Positions 1 through 10,818 of a stretch of DNA of 64,000 bases are shown in pieces. The stretch spans positions 12,389 to 76,388 of the forward strand of contig CAVZPO010000029.1 in NCBI GenBank assembly GCA_963777165.1. The letters run 5' to 3'. The notes below the pieces were generated by a model. That model searched no databases and had not been told where the DNA came from. It saw only the letters and a program-made list of their open reading frames with translations. The position numbers and the translations under genes were made by a program. Source of the DNA: an uncultured Chloroflexia bacterium. Lineage in GTDB: Bacteria > Chloroflexota > Anaerolineae > Anaerolineales > E44-bin32. The first letter of the stretch is position 1, and each line of letters opens with the position of its first letter.

Positions 1-1
1 C

Positions 2-1468
2 TACCTTTACGACGACAACCACATCACCATCGACGGCCCCACCGATCTGGCCTTCTCTGAGGACCGGGTGAAGCGCTTCGAAGCCTACGGCTGGCACACG
101 ATCAGCGTACCGGACGGCAACGACGTCGAGGCGATTGATCGCGCCCTCCAGGCCGCCAAGAAAGATCCTCGTCCGTCGCTGATCGCTTGCCGGACCCACA
201 TCGGTTTCGGCCTGCCGACCAAGCAGGACAAGTCCTCTGCCCACGGCGAGCCGCCGGGCGACGAGGAACTCGACGGCGCCAAGAAGAAACTGGGCTGGCC
301 GACCGAGCCGCGCTTCCTGGTCCCCGAGGACGTGCTGGCGCACCTGCGGCCTGCCGCCGAGCGCGGTAAGAAGGCGCATGCCGGATGGGTGCAGCTCATG
401 GAGCGGTTCGCCAAGGCACATCCCGATCTGGCGATGCAATTCACACGCACCCAGGCCGGCGAGCTGCCCAAAGGCCTGGCGGAGCTCGTCCCGGAGTTCG
501 CCGTTGATCCGAAGGGCATGGCGACGCGGGCCGCGTCGGGCAAGGTGCTCAACGCCCTGGCCCCGGCACTCCCCGAGCTGATTGGCGGCTCCGCCGATCT
601 GACACCGTCCAACCAGACGGCAATCAAGGACGGCGGCGATTTCGCGCCGGAGGCTCGCGGCAGCCGCTATTTGCGCTTCGGCGTGCGCGAGCACGCCATG
701 GGACAGATCCTCAACGGCCTCACGCTCCATGGCGGGCTGATCCCTTACGGCGGTACGTTCATGGTCTTCGCCGACTACATGCGCCCACCGATCCGCCTTG
801 CGGCGATCATGCACAAGCGCATCATCCTGATCTATACGCACGATTCGATCGGCGTCGGCGAAGACGGTCCGACGCACCAGCCCATCGAGCACTTGCTGAC
901 CTTGAGGGCCATCCCGAATCTGAGCCTGCTCCGTCCCGCCGATGCCAATGAAACCAAACAGGCGTGGCTGGTGGCACTGGAACGGAGCAACGGCCCGACG
1001 GCCTTGGCCCTGACCCGGCAGGCGCTGCCGGTTTACGATCGCACCAAGTACGCGCCGGCGGATGGGCTGCGGCGCGGCGCCTACGTGATGGCCGACCTCG
1101 GCCAGGGCAAGCCGTCGGTCCTGCTGATGGCCTCCGGCTCCGAGGTCGAGATGATCGTCGCCGCCGCCGAGAAGCTCGTCGAGCAGGGCACGGCGGTGCG
1201 CCTCGTATCGTTCCCGTCCTGGGACCTGTTCGAGGCCCAGCCCGAGTCCTACCGGCAGCAGGTCCTTCCGGCCGATCTCCGAGCGCGGGTGGCCGTCGAA
1301 GCCGGCGTGAGCATGGGCTGGGACCGCTACGTCGGCGAAAAGGGCGTGGTCGTGGGGATCAACCGCTTCGGTGCCTCGGCGCCCTACAAGGACGTCTACA
1401 AATTTGTCGGGCTGACGGTCGACAACGTGATCGCCGCCGCCCACAAGGCCATGGCCGCGGCGAAGTAG
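2..1468 (+). CDS. tkt: Transketolase (5' truncated by window edge)
   Basis: Frame open from base 2 ([12 protein letters not shown]); motifs [43 protein letters not shown]. Confidence 0.97.
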   Translation, partial: YLYDDNHITIDGPTDLAFSEDRVKRFEAYGWHTISVPDGNDVEAIDRALQAAKKDPRPSLIACRTHIGFGLPTKQDKSSAHGEPPGDEELDGAKKKLGWPTEPRFLVPEDVLAHLRPAAERGKKAHAGWVQLMERFAKAHPDLAMQFTRTQAGELPKGLAELVPEFAVDPKGMATRAASGKVLNALAPALPELIGGSADLTPSNQTAIKDGGDFAPEARGSRYLRFGVREHAMGQILNGLTLHGGLIPYGGTFMVFADYMRPPIRLAAIMHKRIILIYTHDSIGVGEDGPTHQPIEHLLTLRAIPNLSLLRPADANETKQAWLVALERSNGPTALALTRQALPVYDRTKYAPADGLRRGAYVMADLGQGKPSVLLMASGSEVEMIVAAAEKLVEQGTAVRLVSFPSWDLFEAQPESYRQQVLPADLRARVAVEAGVSMGWDRYVGEKGVVVGINRFGASAPYKDVYKFVGLTVDNVIAAAHKAMAAAK

Positions 1469-1480
1469 GGAGGTGGCAGG

Positions 1481-1948
1481 GTGAAGGTAGCTGTCGCGTG
1501 TGATCATGCCGGTTTCCCGCTGAAAGAGATCGTGGTCGAGACCGTCCGCAAGGCAGGCCATCAGGTGCTGGACCTGGGGACGGACTCGACCGCCCCGGTC
1601 GACTACCCCGACATGGCCGAGAAAGCCGGGCGTGCGATTCAGAACCGGGAGGCGGAGCGCGCGATCGTGCTTTGCGGCTCCGGGGTCGGCGCGGCGCTGG
1701 CGGCGAACAAGATGATCGGCGTGCGCGCCGGCGTGTGTCACGAGACCTACTCGGCCCATCAGTGTGTCGAGCACGATGACGTCAATGTCCTGGCGCTCGG
1801 CGCCAGGGTCATCGGCCCCGACGTGGCGGTTGAGATCGTGAGGGCTTTCCTGGCGGCGAAGTTCACCGGCGAGGAACGCCATGTGCGCCGGGTGAACAAG
1901 ATCCTGGCGATCGAGCGATCGGAGGCCTCCCGCAAGCAGGGAGCATGA
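1481..1948 (+). CDS. rpiB: Ribose-5-phosphate isomerase B
   Basis: ACDHAG, VDYPD, LCGSGVG, AANK, RHVRRV motifs; GGAGG SD before GTG. Confidence 0.95.
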   Translation: MKVAVACDHAGFPLKEIVVETVRKAGHQVLDLGTDSTAPVDYPDMAEKAGRAIQNREAERAIVLCGSGVGAALAANKMIGVRAGVCHETYSAHQCVEHDDVNVLALGARVIGPDVAVEIVRAFLAAKFTGEERHVRRVNKILAIERSEASRKQGA

Positions 1949-4701
1949 GCGCAGGCGCCGAGAACACGCCTGGCTTGTGGCTGGCAGGCCTGACCCCCGC
2001 GGACCTCACCGCCGAACGGCTGGGGAGCTGGGCCGGGCCTGGCAGGATCGAAGGCGTGCTGATCGAATGGGGATCCGCCGCCGGAGAGAGCGACCGGCAC
2101 GCGGCGGTCCGACCCCTTGCACAGGCAGGCTGGAGTGTGGATCAGATGTCCGACGCCCTGATGGCGTCGGACATGCGTTCCGCCGCCAGCCTGCTCCTCC
2201 CCATGCACGAGCGCAGCAACGGCCGGAATGGTTTCGTCGGCGCGCGGTTCCCCCCTGGCGCCGATGCCGGCTCCTATCGGCAACGTGCAGTAGATCTGGC
2301 GCGGCTGGTCAACCGTCCGAACCTTGTCATCGGCTTCCCTCACACGCCGGCCGGGCTCGAGGCGGCCGAGGGTGGGTTGAAGGACGGGCAGCCGGCGCTG
2401 ATCGGACCGGTCGTCTCGTTCGATGGCCTCCGCCTGGCACTCGATGCCTGCACCCGAGGGCTGCAAGGCAGGGCACGCACAGGATCCTCGGATCTTCCGT
2501 TGTGTCTGGTCATCTTCGACCCCGCCAGCTTGGTCGCGCAGGTCGAGGCATTGCTTGCGGAACAGGCGGCCGGCGCCGGGCGGCGCGCCGAGCGGGCCGA
2601 CGCTTTCGCCGGCCGAACTCGAAACGTACTTCTTCAACTCGCCCTGGCGCAAGTCGGGGCGGCCCAGGCAAATGTCGGCACCCTGGGCACGATCGGCCTG
2701 ATCGCGCTGAGCCCGTGGGGAGAGGTCGCCCTGGAAGATGGCGATCCAACGCCTGCGACCGGAGCGCAGATCGGCATCCGGCTCGCCGGGGCGGAGGGGT
2801 CGATCGAGGGGATGGCGCGTCTGGGGCTGTCCGGGGACTGGGCCATGATCTCGTCGTCCCGGGCGCACCTGGAAGGGCTCGCCTCGCTGGGGATCTCCGT
2901 AGATGAGCTCGGGGTCCAGGCGAGTGCACATGCACTCGAATTAGACGAAGCGAATTCCAAACGCGACCATCAGGAAATGGAGACGACGGCGATGCACGCT
3001 CGGGCCGAGCTTGGCGACCTGGCAGAGGGGTTTCCTGCCGCGTTGGCAGGGTTGGAGGCCGATCACGTCGGGACGCGCCTGTGGCGCGAGGACGTCTCGC
3101 TGTGGACCGACAAGCCGTCCGAGGCCGACGAAGCTTCGCGTCGCCTGGGCTGGCTGACGCTTCCCGAAGCGATGCAGGCGGAGGCCGGTGCGCTGAACGC
3201 ATTCGCCGAGGAGCTTCGGGGCGAAGGCTTGCGCCATGCCGTCGTGCTCGGGATGGGCGGGTCCTCGCTGGCGCCGGATGTCTTCCGCAGGATCCTGCAC
3301 CCGGCGCAGGGGATGGAGCTGCACGTCCTCGACAGCACGGATCCGGAGATGGTCGAGCGAATTGCCGGCGCCGTCTCACCCGCCGAGGCGCTGTATATCG
3401 TGTCGAGCAAGTCTGGGACTACGACCGAGCCCCTGGCGCTGCTCGAATACTTCTGGGCTTCCGCGCAGGCCGCCGTCGGGGACGATGCCGGGCAGCACTT
3501 TGCAGCCGTCACCGACCCCGGGACTTCCCTTCAGACGCTGGCCGAAGCGCGACGATTCCGCCGCGTCTTCTCCTCTCCGGAATATGTGGGCGGGCGCTAC
3601 TCGGCTCTCTCCGTCTTCGGCCTGCTCCCGGCGGCGCTGCTGGGAGCGGACGTCAACGCGGTGTTGACCGGCGCGGCGGATATGGCGCGGCAGTGCGGGC
3701 CGGGAGTTGAGGCGGCGCGTAACCCGGGGCTGCACCTGGGTGCATCCCTCGCCTTCGCAGCCGAACGCGGGCGGGACAAGCTCACGTTCCTGGCGGACGA
3801 CGGCCTCGAGCCTCTCGAGGACTGGATCGAGCAGCTGATCGCCGAGAGCAGCGGCAAAGAGGGGAAGGGCATCCTGCCCATCACCGGCGAACCTCCAGGG
3901 AGGGTGGAGAGCTACGGGAGCGACCGCATGTTTGCCTACTTGCGGACGACCGGTGCGCAGGATGAACTCGTCGAAGGATTGGCGCGCGCCGGCCATCCAG
4001 TGGCGGTGATCGACGTCGAGCAGGGCGAGAGGGGGCTGGGGGAGGAGTTCTTCCGCTGGGAGTTTGCCACGGCCGTCGCCTGCCACCGGCTTGGCGTGAA
4101 CGCGTTCGACCAGCCGGACGTCCAGCGGGCGAAGGACCGCACCTCCGAACTGCTCAAGACCTACCGCAAACACGGGTCCATTCCGACGCCGGCCGTCCTG
4201 TGGCAGGCGCAGGGGTTGTTGATCGAAGGCCGTGAGGGTTCGCTGCCGGGCCCCATGCCTGGTGATCTGGCGTCCGCCGATTCGGCGATCCTGTCCCAGC
4301 TCCACGACGGCGACGCGCTGTGCTTCCTCATCTATCTTCCGGCCGACGCAGCCATGGAAGCTGAGCTCCTCCGGCTGCGCGCCGCCCTCCGCGACCACCA
4401 CCGTGCAGCTTCGTCTCACGGGTTCGGGCCGCGCTACCTGCATTCGACGGGGCAAATCCACAAGGGCGGGCCGGACGAAATGGTCTTCATCGTGCTGACC
4501 GCCGATCGGGCGGTGGGCGTCGCCGTCCCCGGGCTGGGTGTGACCTTCAACCTGCTCCAGCGCGCACAGGCCGTCGGCGATCTGCAGTCCCTGTTGTCCC
4601 TTGGCAGGCGGGCCTTCGGCTTCCATCTCGACTCAACCGCTCGTCTGCCGGACTGGTTCGCCTCGTTCCATGCCGCGCTTGCGGACACACACAACGGTTA
4701 A
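1945..4701 (+). CDS. Transaldolase-like (degenerate) / glucose-6-phosphate isomerase fusion
   Basis: C-terminal PGI motifs LGMGGSSL, SSKSGTTTE, VGGRYS, EQLIAESSGK, NAFDQPDVQ, GPRYLHSTGQ; N-terminal ~330 aa has transaldolase traces (VNRPNL..PHT); ATGA overlap with rpiB. Confidence 0.85.
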   Translation: MSAGAENTPGLWLAGLTPADLTAERLGSWAGPGRIEGVLIEWGSAAGESDRHAAVRPLAQAGWSVDQMSDALMASDMRSAASLLLPMHERSNGRNGFVGARFPPGADAGSYRQRAVDLARLVNRPNLVIGFPHTPAGLEAAEGGLKDGQPALIGPVVSFDGLRLALDACTRGLQGRARTGSSDLPLCLVIFDPASLVAQVEALLAEQAAGAGRRAERADAFAGRTRNVLLQLALAQVGAAQANVGTLGTIGLIALSPWGEVALEDGDPTPATGAQIGIRLAGAEGSIEGMARLGLSGDWAMISSSRAHLEGLASLGISVDELGVQASAHALELDEANSKRDHQEMETTAMHARAELGDLAEGFPAALAGLEADHVGTRLWREDVSLWTDKPSEADEASRRLGWLTLPEAMQAEAGALNAFAEELRGEGLRHAVVLGMGGSSLAPDVFRRILHPAQGMELHVLDSTDPEMVERIAGAVSPAEALYIVSSKSGTTTEPLALLEYFWASAQAAVGDDAGQHFAAVTDPGTSLQTLAEARRFRRVFSSPEYVGGRYSALSVFGLLPAALLGADVNAVLTGAADMARQCGPGVEAARNPGLHLGASLAFAAERGRDKLTFLADDGLEPLEDWIEQLIAESSGKEGKGILPITGEPPGRVESYGSDRMFAYLRTTGAQDELVEGLARAGHPVAVIDVEQGERGLGEEFFRWEFATAVACHRLGVNAFDQPDVQRAKDRTSELLKTYRKHGSIPTPAVLWQAQGLLIEGREGSLPGPMPGDLASADSAILSQLHDGDALCFLIYLPADAAMEAELLRLRAALRDHHRAASSHGFGPRYLHSTGQIHKGGPDEMVFIVLTADRAVGVAVPGLGVTFNLLQRAQAVGDLQSLLSLGRRAFGFHLDSTARLPDWFASFHAALADTHNG

Positions 4702-4791
4702 CCATCCGGGCTCGGCCCGTCCCCGCCCATCCCTGCTCACAGGATGGCGAATGATCGCGGGCAATAGGAATCGCGCGCTGGGTCGATCCGC

Positions 4792-5565
4792 ATGAGCCCT
4801 CGCCGTCGGTCCCCCTTGCCGCGTGCCATCCTCGCCGGTGAGCAGGAAGGCGTCTTCGACCAACTGCCCGAGACGGTTATTGCCAACCTGCGAAGACCCC
4901 ATTCAGAGAACGCGCGTTTGTGGAACACGTTCTACCCTCGGCCGGGGGACGGCCTGCGCCTCGAGCAGCTCCTGGCGATTAGCCCGCTATGGGGGTCGAC
5001 CCCGGACGCAGGCGAAGCCGACCGGCTGGAGCCGTACTTCTGGGGCGTGCACCCGAGTGGCCGGGAACTTGAAGGCCTGAGCGAGGCGCTGGATGAGGTG
5101 GATGGACCCGGCCCGCGAACGGAAATCGACCTCCTGCTGCGCGGGACATCGAACCTGATCGTGATCGAGGCCAAAAACCTCAGCACGCTCGGTCGGTGCG
5201 GCCGGCATCAGCGCAAGGTCTGCCCCGAGGTCCACCTCTCGGCGGAGCACTGGCTCGACCGCTGCCGTTACTGGGAGGTGCCTGCGGCCCGATTCGATCG
5301 TCTGCTCGATTTCGGGGCCCGACCCGGCCCCGGCGCGGCGACCCCGCCGTGCGCCCGGCACTACCAGCTGGCACGCACCCTCTTGGTGGGGGAAGCGCTT
5401 GCGCGACTGCACGCGCTGCGCTTGCACGTCTGGGTGCTCGTGCCGCGTAGCCGCTGGCCGGCGCTCGAGCGAACCTGGCTCGACTTCGTCGATGGCGTGC
5501 GCGACCCGGACTTGTGGCGACGGCTGCGCGTCGTCGCGTGGGATCAAATCCGCTCCGCGACCTAG
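4792..5565 (+). CDS. Putative PD-(D/E)xK restriction-endonuclease-fold protein
   Basis: TEIDLLL-x7-VIEAK motif, Cys cluster (CGRHQRKVCP, CRYW, PPC) and YQLAR. Confidence 0.6.
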   Translation: MSPRRRSPLPRAILAGEQEGVFDQLPETVIANLRRPHSENARLWNTFYPRPGDGLRLEQLLAISPLWGSTPDAGEADRLEPYFWGVHPSGRELEGLSEALDEVDGPGPRTEIDLLLRGTSNLIVIEAKNLSTLGRCGRHQRKVCPEVHLSAEHWLDRCRYWEVPAARFDRLLDFGARPGPGAATPPCARHYQLARTLLVGEALARLHALRLHVWVLVPRSRWPALERTWLDFVDGVRDPDLWRRLRVVAWDQIRSAT

Positions 5566-5763
5566 TCTCTCAGCTCGCGCCGGGCATGCACAGCTCCGTG
5601 TGCCAGGATCGTCAGGCCCACGTCGGTCGTGTAGGCTGGATTCCCCCATAGTCAGGCGGGAAGAGTGGCCCGTTTCGAGGGACTGCATCCTGGGTTAGCA
5701 CATCAGCCAGGGCGACGAACCGTTGTTGGGGAAGCATGGTCCCCAACGGCCTATCGTGACACC

Positions 5764-5791
5764 TTGACAACTAGAACAAACGTGCTATTCT
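5764..5791 (+). promoter_or_regulatory. recA sigma70-type promoter overlapped by a LexA (Cheo-type) SOS box
   Basis: TTGACA 5764-5769, 16 bp, TGC-TATTCT (-10 at 5786-5791); TAGAAC-AAAC-GTGCTA 5772-5787 differs by one base from GAAC-N4-GTTC. Confidence 0.8.
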
Positions 5792-5835
5792 GGATGTCGA
5801 TCTCCCGCACGCGGGGGAACACCTGGAGTGAGCCG

Positions 5836-6919
<1,084 letters not shown>

Positions 6920-6986
6920 CGAACTGCGCGTCTCCAAACGCACATGCTCGGATGAGGGCGCCGCGCGCCCGGTCTATAATCAGGCA

Positions 6987-7550
6987 ATGATAAACAGCCT
7001 TGCGCGGTGGCTCTGGCTCCCTCTTGGCGCAGCTCTGCTCGCAGGTTGCGCGAGCGGCGTGACCCCAACTGTCCCGCCGAGTACGCCGGGACCGACGGCT
7101 TTCGTCGATCTCCAGGTCGTCCCCGTCCCCACCGAGGCGCAAGTCTCCCTCCCGGCCGTCCCCACGGCCATCTGCTCCAATGATGCTGAGTTTCTGGAGG
7201 ACCTGACCCTTCCCGACGGCACGAAGGTCCTGCCCGGCGCGGAGCTCGACAAACGCTGGTTGATTCTCAACCGAGGCGGATGCGGCTGGGGTTCGGAGTA
7301 TCGCCTGGTGCAGATCGGCGACAGTCGTATTCAGGGCCCTCGCGAGCTGGCGCTCTACCCGGCGGTGGCGGGCGGGCAGGCGACCTGGCAAGTCCCACTC
7401 GTGGCGCCGCTCGAGGAAGGCGAGTACATCAGCCGCTGGCAGGCGCAAGCACCGGATGGGGCGGCCTTTGGCGATGAGGTCTATGTCCTGATCGTCGTCG
7501 ACGCTTCGCCGCTCACGCCGACACCGATCCCCACGGCCCCGCGCCCTTGA
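6987..7550 (+). CDS. Lipoprotein with NBR1-Ig-like (FW) domain
   Basis: Lipobox LAGC, Pro/Thr linker, DLTLPDGT..PG..LDKRWLILNRGGCGW and GEYISRWQ..FG pattern; TATAAT 6 nt before ATG. Confidence 0.75.
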   Translation: MINSLARWLWLPLGAALLAGCASGVTPTVPPSTPGPTAFVDLQVVPVPTEAQVSLPAVPTAICSNDAEFLEDLTLPDGTKVLPGAELDKRWLILNRGGCGWGSEYRLVQIGDSRIQGPRELALYPAVAGGQATWQVPLVAPLEEGEYISRWQAQAPDGAAFGDEVYVLIVVDASPLTPTPIPTAPRP

Positions 7551-7654
7551 TCGATCCAAGGCCATCGACCATCCCCCGTATCGTGATACCATCCGCTGGC
7601 AACCTCGCCCCCCGAAGGGGGGAACACAGTGGCGTGACCGGGGGGTCGGCAAGC

Positions 7655-7920
7655 ATGGGGTGGATCGAGCGCCGGGTGCCCGCCGCACAGCGGGCGCTCC
7701 CTGGCAGCGCCATCCACGCAGGTGCGAATCAGCTCACTGATTCCCGCCCCGAGGCCCGTCCATCCTGGTCGTCAACCAGATCAACATCCGTGAGACGCGG
7801 CGGGTCTTCTTCTGTCGGGGGCCGCAGCCGGTGACCGGTTTCGCCAATGTGGAGTGGTGGGGCGATCCGATCCTCGAACGGCTGTCCAGCCGGTGCAGGG
7901 TAATGCCGCTGGAGCGCAGA
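7655..7920 (+). pseudogene. Decayed fragment of a lysophospholipid acyltransferase, paralog of 8863-9561
   Basis: 7741-7920 translates FPPRGPSILVVNQINIRETRRVFFCRGPQPVTGFANVEWWGDPIL, collinear with IPARGPLLLVTNHVNFLEIPLVFSHLQPRPVTGLAKAETWNSPLM; frame break near 7739; catalytic His replaced by Gln. Confidence 0.7.
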
Positions 7921-7958
7921 CACAGGACCATCATCCAGGCCAAAGGAGTCCAGTCACC

Positions 7959-8879
7959 ATGCGTTTCCTTCTGATCGCCAATCCAACTTCCGGCCGCGGG
8001 GCGGGCGCACGCGCCGTCGGCCCGATCTCGGAGCTGCTGCGTGCCGCCGGGATCACCTTCGACGTCGTTCGCACCGAGCGCCCCTGGCATGCGGCTGAGA
8101 TTGCTGCCGGAGCGGCGGGCAAGGGCTGGGATGCGGTCGTGGCGGTCGGGGGCGACGGCACCGCCAATGAGACGATCAACGGGTTAATGCAGATCCCGCT
8201 CCCGCAGCGCCCCGCCATGGGAGTGATTGCCGTCGGCCGCGGGAACGACTTCGCCTACGGGATGGGCATCGCCCCCGGGATCGCCGAGGGTTGTGGCGCC
8301 GTGCTCTCCGGACGCAGGCGCCGGATCGATGTTGGCCGGGTGACGGGCGGTCTGTACCCGCAGGGACGCTACTTCGGCAACGGCATCGGCATCGGCTTCG
8401 ACGCCGTCGTCGGTTTCGAGGCGCTGAAACTGGCCCCGCTGAGTGGGTTCGCTTCGTACATCGTGGCGGCGCTGAAGACGATCAGCGTCTACGACCACGG
8501 CCCGCGCTTACGCATCGAGCTGGATGGGGAAACACGCGTCCAGGAAACGCTGATGGTCTCGGTGATGAACGGGCGCCGGATGGGGGGCGGGTTCCACATG
8601 GCGCCGAAGGGCGACCCGGGGGACGGCCAGTTCGACGTGTGCATCGCAGGGCAGGTAACACGCGGTCGGATCCTGAGCCTGATCCCGCATTTCCTCAAAG
8701 GCGACCAGGAGGGGCAGCCGGCGATCAGCGTCGCCCGCTGTCGACACGTGCGGGTGACGGCCGAGGTCGGCGTCCTGCCGGCACACGCCGACGGCGAGAC
8801 GTTGTGCGTCGATGGGCACTCGATCGAGGCCGAGCTGCTTCCAGCGCAGCTCGAGGTGCTGAGTGCGGCAGGGGCTTGA
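7959..8879 (+). CDS. Diacylglycerol/lipid kinase family (YegS/DgkB-like)
   Basis: IANPTSG, VGGDGT, GRGNDFA, GIGFDA, DGE motifs; AAAGGAG SD. Confidence 0.9.
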   Translation: MRFLLIANPTSGRGAGARAVGPISELLRAAGITFDVVRTERPWHAAEIAAGAAGKGWDAVVAVGGDGTANETINGLMQIPLPQRPAMGVIAVGRGNDFAYGMGIAPGIAEGCGAVLSGRRRRIDVGRVTGGLYPQGRYFGNGIGIGFDAVVGFEALKLAPLSGFASYIVAALKTISVYDHGPRLRIELDGETRVQETLMVSVMNGRRMGGGFHMAPKGDPGDGQFDVCIAGQVTRGRILSLIPHFLKGDQEGQPAISVARCRHVRVTAEVGVLPAHADGETLCVDGHSIEAELLPAQLEVLSAAGA

Positions 8880-9561
8880 GAAGCGTGCGGCGACCTGGGT
8901 GGTGAACGGGACCGCCTGGCGGCTGTCGCGCCTAGCTTGCCGCGTCGACGACGGCGAGGTGCGCAGAATCCCGGCGCGCGGCCCGCTGCTCCTGGTGACC
9001 AACCACGTCAACTTCCTTGAGATCCCGCTGGTGTTCTCGCATCTGCAGCCGCGCCCGGTGACCGGGCTGGCCAAGGCCGAGACCTGGAACAGCCCGCTGA
9101 TGGGGTTGCTCTTCAATCTGTGGGGGGCCATCCCCATCCGGCGCGGGGAAGGCGATGTCGTCGCCATCCGACGCGTGCTGGAAGCGCTCGAGGCCGGCAT
9201 GATCGTCGCCGTCTCGCCCGAGGGGACTCGAAGCGGGGACGGGTGCCTGCGGCGGGCCAAGCCGGGGATTGGACTCCTGGCGGCGCACTCGTCGGCGCCG
9301 ATCCTGCCGGTGGCGTTCTACGGACACGAGCGGATCTGGTCCAACGTCAGCCGCCTGCGGCGGACGGACTTTCACATTCGTGTCGGCTCGCTGTTGCGGG
9401 TGAGGCCGGACGGCCGGTGGACGGCCGAGAAGCGCCAGGCGGTCGCGGATGAGATCATGGTCCAGATCGCATGCCTTCTCCCGCGCCAGTATCAGGGAGC
9501 GTACGTGGACTTTCCCACGGGCACGGCTTCCTTCCTCGAGCCGGTGCCCGCCGCCTCCTGA
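8863..9561 (+). CDS. Lysophospholipid acyltransferase (PlsC-like)
   Basis: NHVNFLE (HX4D/E), PEGTRS, PILPV motifs. Confidence 0.88.
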   Translation: MRQGLEKRAATWVVNGTAWRLSRLACRVDDGEVRRIPARGPLLLVTNHVNFLEIPLVFSHLQPRPVTGLAKAETWNSPLMGLLFNLWGAIPIRRGEGDVVAIRRVLEALEAGMIVAVSPEGTRSGDGCLRRAKPGIGLLAAHSSAPILPVAFYGHERIWSNVSRLRRTDFHIRVGSLLRVRPDGRWTAEKRQAVADEIMVQIACLLPRQYQGAYVDFPTGTASFLEPVPAAS

Positions 9562-9633
9562 TCAACCTCAACCACAGCTGCCTCATTCGGGAGTGACCGT
9601 GAAGCCAGCCTAACTCGCCGAGCTCGCGCCTGG

Positions 9634-10818
9634 CTACTCGGACTTGGGACTAGTTGGCGCACCTCCGGACGCTAGCTCGGTGACCAGTGCCGCGACCTCC
9701 GACGACAACGCGGCGCCGACATCGGGGATCGCCTGCAGCCCTCTCAGACCCATCGTTCGGACCACGAGCCCGATGTCCAGGTCCATCTCTTCGATCGCCC
9801 AGGCCGCCTTGCGGTAAGTCCACACGCGCTTTGTCGGCCCGGCATCGATTTCCATGCCGTACGCCTGGTTGGCGAGCCGCTCGACGACGCGCCGGTTCAA
9901 GCCATGCTTGTCGCCGGGAATGATCGGCCGCGGGATGCGATCCGAAAGCCCGTAGTGCGTGCACAACTCGCGCACGCGCCGAGACAGCCGACGAGAGACG
10001 TCGCCCTTCGGGGCGTAGCTCGCTTCGGGATACAAGGCGCGGTAGGTGGCCATCAGATGGGGGAATCGCCCGGCCAGCGCATCCAAGAAGTACGCCTTCT
10101 GCTGATCGGCGAGGGTCAGCGTGCCGGCCAGCACGAATCGGCCGCCGTGCTCGGCCGTCCACTTCACGACCAACTCCAGGGTGGTGTCATCGTCGCTGAT
10201 CCCGGGCAGCACCGGCATCAGGCAAGTGCCGGTGAGCAGGCCGGCCTCGGCGAATCGGGCCATCGCCCCGAAGCGCTTCTCCGGCGGCGGCGACAGGCGT
10301 TCCACCTGGCGCACCGGTGCGTAGCTCGGCGCATCCGGCGTCGTCAGGATGCTGAAGGCGACGACCGAAGGGGCCCGGCGGTTGATGTCCTGCAGAAGAT
10401 CAAGGTCCCGAAGCACAAGCGGTGATCGCTCGAGCACGAAGACCGGGAAGCCCAGCTCAAGGCATGCCTCCAACATGCGGCGCGAGATCTGGAACTTACG
10501 CTCTGCCGGCTGGTAGTCGCCGGTGAAGACCAGATCGACCGGGACCTTGGACAGGGCGCGGCGCAGGAGGTCCGGCGCGTTCTGTTTGACCTTGATCAAG
10601 TGGGCGAAGTCCTCGGCGTCCTCATACGGGGCGTACTTGCGCTCTCGACAGTAGCAGAAGGCACAGCCGTGCTGGCAGCCGATGTAGGGATAGGCCGAGT
10701 AGCGCGTCCAGAACCAGTGGTCTGCGCGTTTGGCCTTGTTCAGGATGGTCTTCGGTGAATAGGTTTCGAAGCGCGTCCGGCGACCCGTCGCACGTGTCTG
10801 TCCGCTCTCGGCGTTCAC
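9634..10818 (-). CDS. Radical SAM protein (SplB/Rv2578c-like) with C-terminal PolX-like helix-hairpin-helix domain; start uncertain
   Basis: PYIGCQHGCAFCY (CX3CX2C), DYQPAE, MPVLPGISD; tail WTYRKAAWAIEE...LQAIPDVG; TGG-TATGCT -10 at 10866-10871. Confidence 0.8.
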   Translation of the reverse strand: MNAESGQTRATGRRTRFETYSPKTILNKAKRADHWFWTRYSAYPYIGCQHGCAFCYCRERKYAPYEDAEDFAHLIKVKQNAPDLLRRALSKVPVDLVFTGDYQPAERKFQISRRMLEACLELGFPVFVLERSPLVLRDLDLLQDINRRAPSVVAFSILTTPDAPSYAPVRQVERLSPPPEKRFGAMARFAEAGLLTGTCLMPVLPGISDDDTTLELVVKWTAEHGGRFVLAGTLTLADQQKAYFLDALAGRFPHLMATYRALYPEASYAPKGDVSRRLSRRVRELCTHYGLSDRIPRPIIPGDKHGLNRRVVERLANQAYGMEIDAGPTKRVWTYRKAAWAIEEMDLDIGLVVRTMGLRGLQAIPDVGAALSSEVAALVTELASGGAPTSPKSE

